A stretch of DNA of 64,000 nt, taken from assembly GCA_950097015.1 (NCBI GenBank), contig CATNEN010000014.1:682001-746000 (forward strand). Direction: 5' to 3'. Below are positions 61,101 to 64,000 of the stretch, piece by piece; position 1 is the stretch's first letter; every line of letters starts with the position of its first letter. The position numbers and the translations under genes were made by a program. A model generated the notes under the pieces. That model was not told the DNA's origin. It was given only the letters and a program-made list of their open reading frames with translations, and ran no database searches. This DNA comes from Macrostomum hystrix. Lineage: Eukaryota > Animalia > Platyhelminthes.

Positions 61101-63184
61101 CAATGGTACTTAGCAATTCATAAAGTGACAAAGAACAGGACAGTCAGAAGTTCTCTTAGCTGACATCAATGCTGCGTGCTTGGAGTGCGTCACACTTGAG
61201 TCTACTCTCTTCCTGTGCAGCCGATAATTAGGTTTCATTCTCAGACTGGGATTCTAAATTGCTCACAGCTGACTGGGATTCCGGATTGCTCACAGCTGAC
61301 TGGGATTCCGGATTGCTCACAGCTGACTGGGATTCCGGATTGCTCACAGCTGACTGGGATTCCGGATTGCTCACAGCTGACTGGGATTCCGGATTGCTCA
61401 CAGCTGACTGGGATTCCGGATTGCTCACAGCTGACTGGGATTCCGGATTTCTCACAGCTGACTGAGATTCCGGATTGCTCAAAGCTGACTGGGATTCCGG
61501 ATTGCTCACAGCTGACTGGGATTCCGGATTTCTCACAGCTGACTGGGATTCCGGATTGCTCACAGCTGACTGGGATTCCGGATTTCTCACAGCTGACTGG
61601 GATTCCGGATTGCTCACAGCTGACTGGGATTCCGGATTTCTCACAGCTGACTGAGATTCCGGATTTCTCACAGCTGACTGGGATTCCGGATTGCTCACAG
61701 CTGACTGGGATTCCGGATTGCTCACAGCTGACTGGGATTCTAAATTGCTCACAGCTGACTGGGATTCCGGATTGCTCACAGCTGACTGGGATTCCGGATT
61801 GCTCACAGCTGACTGGGATTCCGGATTGCTCACAGCTGACTGGGATTCTAAATTGCTCACAGCTGACTGAGATTCCGGATTTCTCACAGCTGACTGGGAT
61901 TCCGGATTGCTCAAAGCTGACTGGGATTCTAAATTGCTCAAAGCTGACTGGGATTCTAAATTGCTCAAAGCTGACTGGGATTCTAAATTGCTCACAGCTG
62001 ACTGGGATTCTAAATTGCTCACAGCTGACTGAGATTCCGGATTGCTCATAGCTGACTGAGATTCAGGATTTCTCACAGCTGACTGGGATTCCGGATTGCT
62101 CACAGCTGACTGGGATTCCGGATTTCTCACAGCTGACTGAGATTCCGGATTGCTCACAGCAGACTGGGATTCCGGATTGGTCGCGGCAGACTGGGAATTC
62201 GGTTTTCTAGTGACTCTGAGATCCCCATCCGCCCGTTGCTGCCCGCAGCACCCTCAGATTTTCTACCCCTCCTGGCCTCGCTCCGGCTCCCTGGAGTTCT
62301 CTAACGTCTCACTGCGCTACCGGCCCGCCCCGGCGCTGCGCGCACTAAGTCACGTGACATTCAGCGTGGCCCCAGGCGATCGGCTGGCCATTGTGGGTCG
62401 CACAGGCAGCGGCAAGACCTCCTTGCTGCGAGCGCTGTTCCGCACCGTTGAGCTGGATGGCGGCCGGGTCACTGTAGACGGCCTGGACATTCACCGGCTG
62501 TCCCGCTTCAACATTCGCTCCCGGCTGGCCGTCATTCCCCAGGTGAGGAAGGCTGCTGGGCGGCTCTGGGTTCACTAATAAGGGGGCGGAATTTGTAGCA
62601 TAGTTCTCCGCCGTTTACCCTGTTTACTCTTAAATCCATTGCCGGCCCATTAGGAGCCGTTCCTCTTTGATGCCTCTCTGCGCGAGAACCTCGACCCAGC
62701 CGGCGAATTCTCCTACGAGGACCTCGAGGCGACCATCGAGCGCTGCCGGCTTCGCAGCCTCGAGTCCCGTCTGGCCGCTCGTCACGACGGCCGCGTCGGC
62801 GAAGCCGGCCGCTGCCTGAGCGCCGGGCAGCGCCAGCTGGTCTGCCTGGCTCGCGCGCTGCTCCGCCGGGCGCCGCTAGTCTGCCTCGACGAGGCCACCG
62901 CCTGCGTCGACGCCGACACCGAGGCGGAGATGCAGCGGGCGCTGCTGCAGTGCCTGTCTGGTGTCACCCTGCTGGTGATCGCGCACCGCCTGGAGACCGT
63001 GGCCGCCCTCTGCACCTCCGTCATCGTACTCAGCAGCGGCCGCATTGTTGAGCAGGGCTGCCCGGAGGAGCTACTGCGGAATCCTCGGTCCGAGCTCTAC
63101 CGCCTGTTCGCCACCGACACCCGGCGTCGGAGGGGACAGCGGCGGTCCTCCGGGCGGCTATCGCCAGCAGCCGCAGCTGACTGA
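49196..63184 (+). CDS. ABCC10: ABC transporter subfamily C member 10 (MRP7)-like, 13 exons, about 1655 aa
   Basis: Exons 49196-49978, 50577-51259, 51470-51638, 51889-52393, 53016-53146, 53223-53358, 53467-53744, 54734-55309, 55792-56112, 56340-56557, 56632-56974, 62249-62542, 62654-63184 give a consistent frame (4968 nt); NBD1 GPVGSGKS/LSGGQ/VYLLDD, NBD2 GRTGSGKT/LSAGQ/VCLDE/IAHR; KYLDALCVYFWAATP, DADRIVNFCPSFHQLWSMPLQ and the TMD0 N-terminus resemble ABCC10. Confidence 0.92.
50012..50525 (+). repeat. 29-bp minisatellite in ABCC10 intron 1, 18 copies
   Basis: Unit GTGAGCTGTGTGACCCATTCTGCAGTTTG; starts at 50016 + 29n (one 28-bp copy). Confidence 0.97.
51678..51855 (+). repeat. 16/18-bp minisatellite in ABCC10 intron 3, about 11 copies
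   Basis: Unit (GT)GTGAGTGTGCTCAGG. Confidence 0.9.
52433..52956. repeat. 29-bp minisatellite in ABCC10 intron 4, about 18 copies
   Basis: Unit GGGTCGGACCCATCCCTGGTATCGCATGA, containing the palindrome GGGTC-G-GACCC. Confidence 0.97.
53763..54710. repeat. 18-bp minisatellite in ABCC10 intron 7, about 53 copies
   Basis: Unit CCTGGTTTCTATTGTTCA. Confidence 0.97.
55370..55762. repeat. About 32-bp minisatellite in ABCC10 intron 8, about 12 copies
   Basis: Unit approx. AATCCCCAAATCCTTAAGCATCTCAGTTTTTA; period 32 (55528, 55560). Confidence 0.9.
56178..56270. repeat. 13-bp short tandem repeat in ABCC10 intron 9
   Basis: CCCTGTTCTGACA at 13-bp spacing (3 perfect plus degenerate copies). Confidence 0.8.
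57087..57330. repeat. 23-bp minisatellite in ABCC10 intron 11, about 10 copies
   Basis: Unit GTCACTCTCATCACTCTGTTTCC; period 23 (57134, 57157, 57180). Confidence 0.92.
57615..61037 (-). other. Candidate nested antisense spliced gene (putative exons 61037-60927 and 58027-57615)
   Basis: GC-richer unique islands with minus-strand acceptor GCTTTTCAG|, donor |GTGAGC, 111-nt stop-free exon, second acceptor ATTATTCAG|, and AATAAA at 57412-57407; no recognisable protein family. Confidence 0.25.
58094..60821. repeat. 31-bp minisatellite, 88 in-register copies in three subfamily blocks
   Basis: A TCTAGAACATAATTCTGGTGCCTATCTGCCT x63 (58094-60046); B TCTAGAACAGGATGATGGCATCTATATTTCA x17 (60047-60573); C TCTGAAACAGAATACTTGCACCTATCTGCCA x8 (60574-60821). 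Confidence 0.95.
61240..62200. repeat. 27-bp minisatellite in ABCC10 intron 11, about 35 copies
   Basis: Unit CTCACAGCTGACTGGGATTCCGGATTG; source of the LTGIPDCSQ and NPESQSAVS pseudo-ORFs. Confidence 0.97.
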
Positions 63185-63503
63185 CTGGCTGATCTTCGGT
63201 GATTTCTGGCCGCATAATACTTATACATCATATATGCCTACATTTGTGGTATACGGTCTGAGCACTTTTCAATGTTTCCTGACTGCCTTCTGAGCTCGCT
63301 GATCCCCAACAATGGCGACTGTCTTTCTCTGCGGCTGCGGCTGCTCCGTGCCTTGCAGTCACTCTGTCTCCACCTCTAAGTTCACAGGTGTTCCTTACGT
63401 CCTTGGCAGGCCGGCCTTATTAACTAATTCTCAACTGTGAAATTCTTTCTGCAGTCTCCTCGCTCATCTCTGCGCTCTGTAAGTTTATTTGTAACCCCTC
63501 ACC

Positions 63504-63509
63504 AATAAA
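63504..63509 (+). terminator. Candidate ABCC10 polyadenylation signal
   Basis: AATAAA 320 nt after the stop codon. Confidence 0.55.
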
Positions 63510-63537
63510 TAGCTGATTGTGGGTTGCCTTGACAATA

Positions 63538-63853
63538 GGCAGACCACGCAATTCCCCCCACCCCAGGGGAAGGACCACAGGGCTATTTTAAACACCCACT
63601 GCCTACTTCACGAGAGCTCCCAAATAGAATGACTGATTTACGTGAAAGTCCACCATATGGATATAAATCTCCGGCCTTTACGACGAACTAACTTTCGTAG
63701 CCGTCCGAGTCCGCATCTGAGCAGAAGAATTAAGCCTACATTGGTGTTTTCGCCATTCTGCTTTTTCATCGGATAGATGGCGATTAGTTGAATATTTTGG
63801 GAGATACAGAAAAAAGAGAAATGTGGGTATTTGAAATATCCCCGTGGTCCTCC
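63538..63853. mobile_element. About 316-bp TA-flanked MITE-like element
   Basis: Inverted ~29-bp blocks AGGACCACAGGGCTATTTTAAACACCCAC (63571-63599) and GTGGGTATTTGAAATATCCCCGTGGTCCT (63823-63851); outer ends TA|GGCAGACCACG and CGTGGTCCTCC|TA; left end uncertain. Confidence 0.55.
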
Positions 63854-64000
63854 TACTCTCAATAGTTTGCTGTACTCTGCTATTTCAGCAATAAATCTAT
63901 CCGGTATCCGTGCCTGCCGTGCCAAGCCTGTTGATGGCTGCCTATCGAGTCAGAGCTTGTACATTGATTTGCCTCTGATTTTGAGTATTTTTTTATTGGT

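Noticed and set aside
61215-62157. 278-aa and 309-aa ORFs on opposite strands
   Set aside because: Translations of a 27-bp intronic minisatellite, open on both strands.

Overview
Eukaryotic (metazoan-like, intron-rich, GC-rich exons) genomic window; the organism cannot be determined from the sequence alone. Bases 679-43156 are a head-to-tail array of nine non-autonomous Helitron-type units on the minus strand. Each intact unit has a 5' TC, a GC-rich hairpin 11 nt before a 3' CTAG, and exact CTAG|TC junctions between copies; no Rep/helicase ORF is visible. Every unit carries an 18-bp and a 23-bp satellite array, and units 2-8 also carry a tRNA-like A/B-box segment. The middle of the array is an 8710-bp higher-order repeat present three times. 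After a cluster of small TIR elements (43.2-44.9 kb) come two intact spliced genes on the plus strand: a geranylgeranyl diphosphate synthase (GGPS1-like, 4 coding exons, about 305 aa) and an ABCC10/MRP7-like ABC transporter (13 exons, about 1655 aa). Most of their larger introns are filled with private minisatellites. One of these is an exact tandem amplification of the exon/intron junction, giving 15 splice donors. A possible nested antisense gene lies in the longest ABCC10 intron. Nearly all long ORFs in the supplied track are artefacts of the repeats. All coordinates were read by eye, so array edges are approximate.
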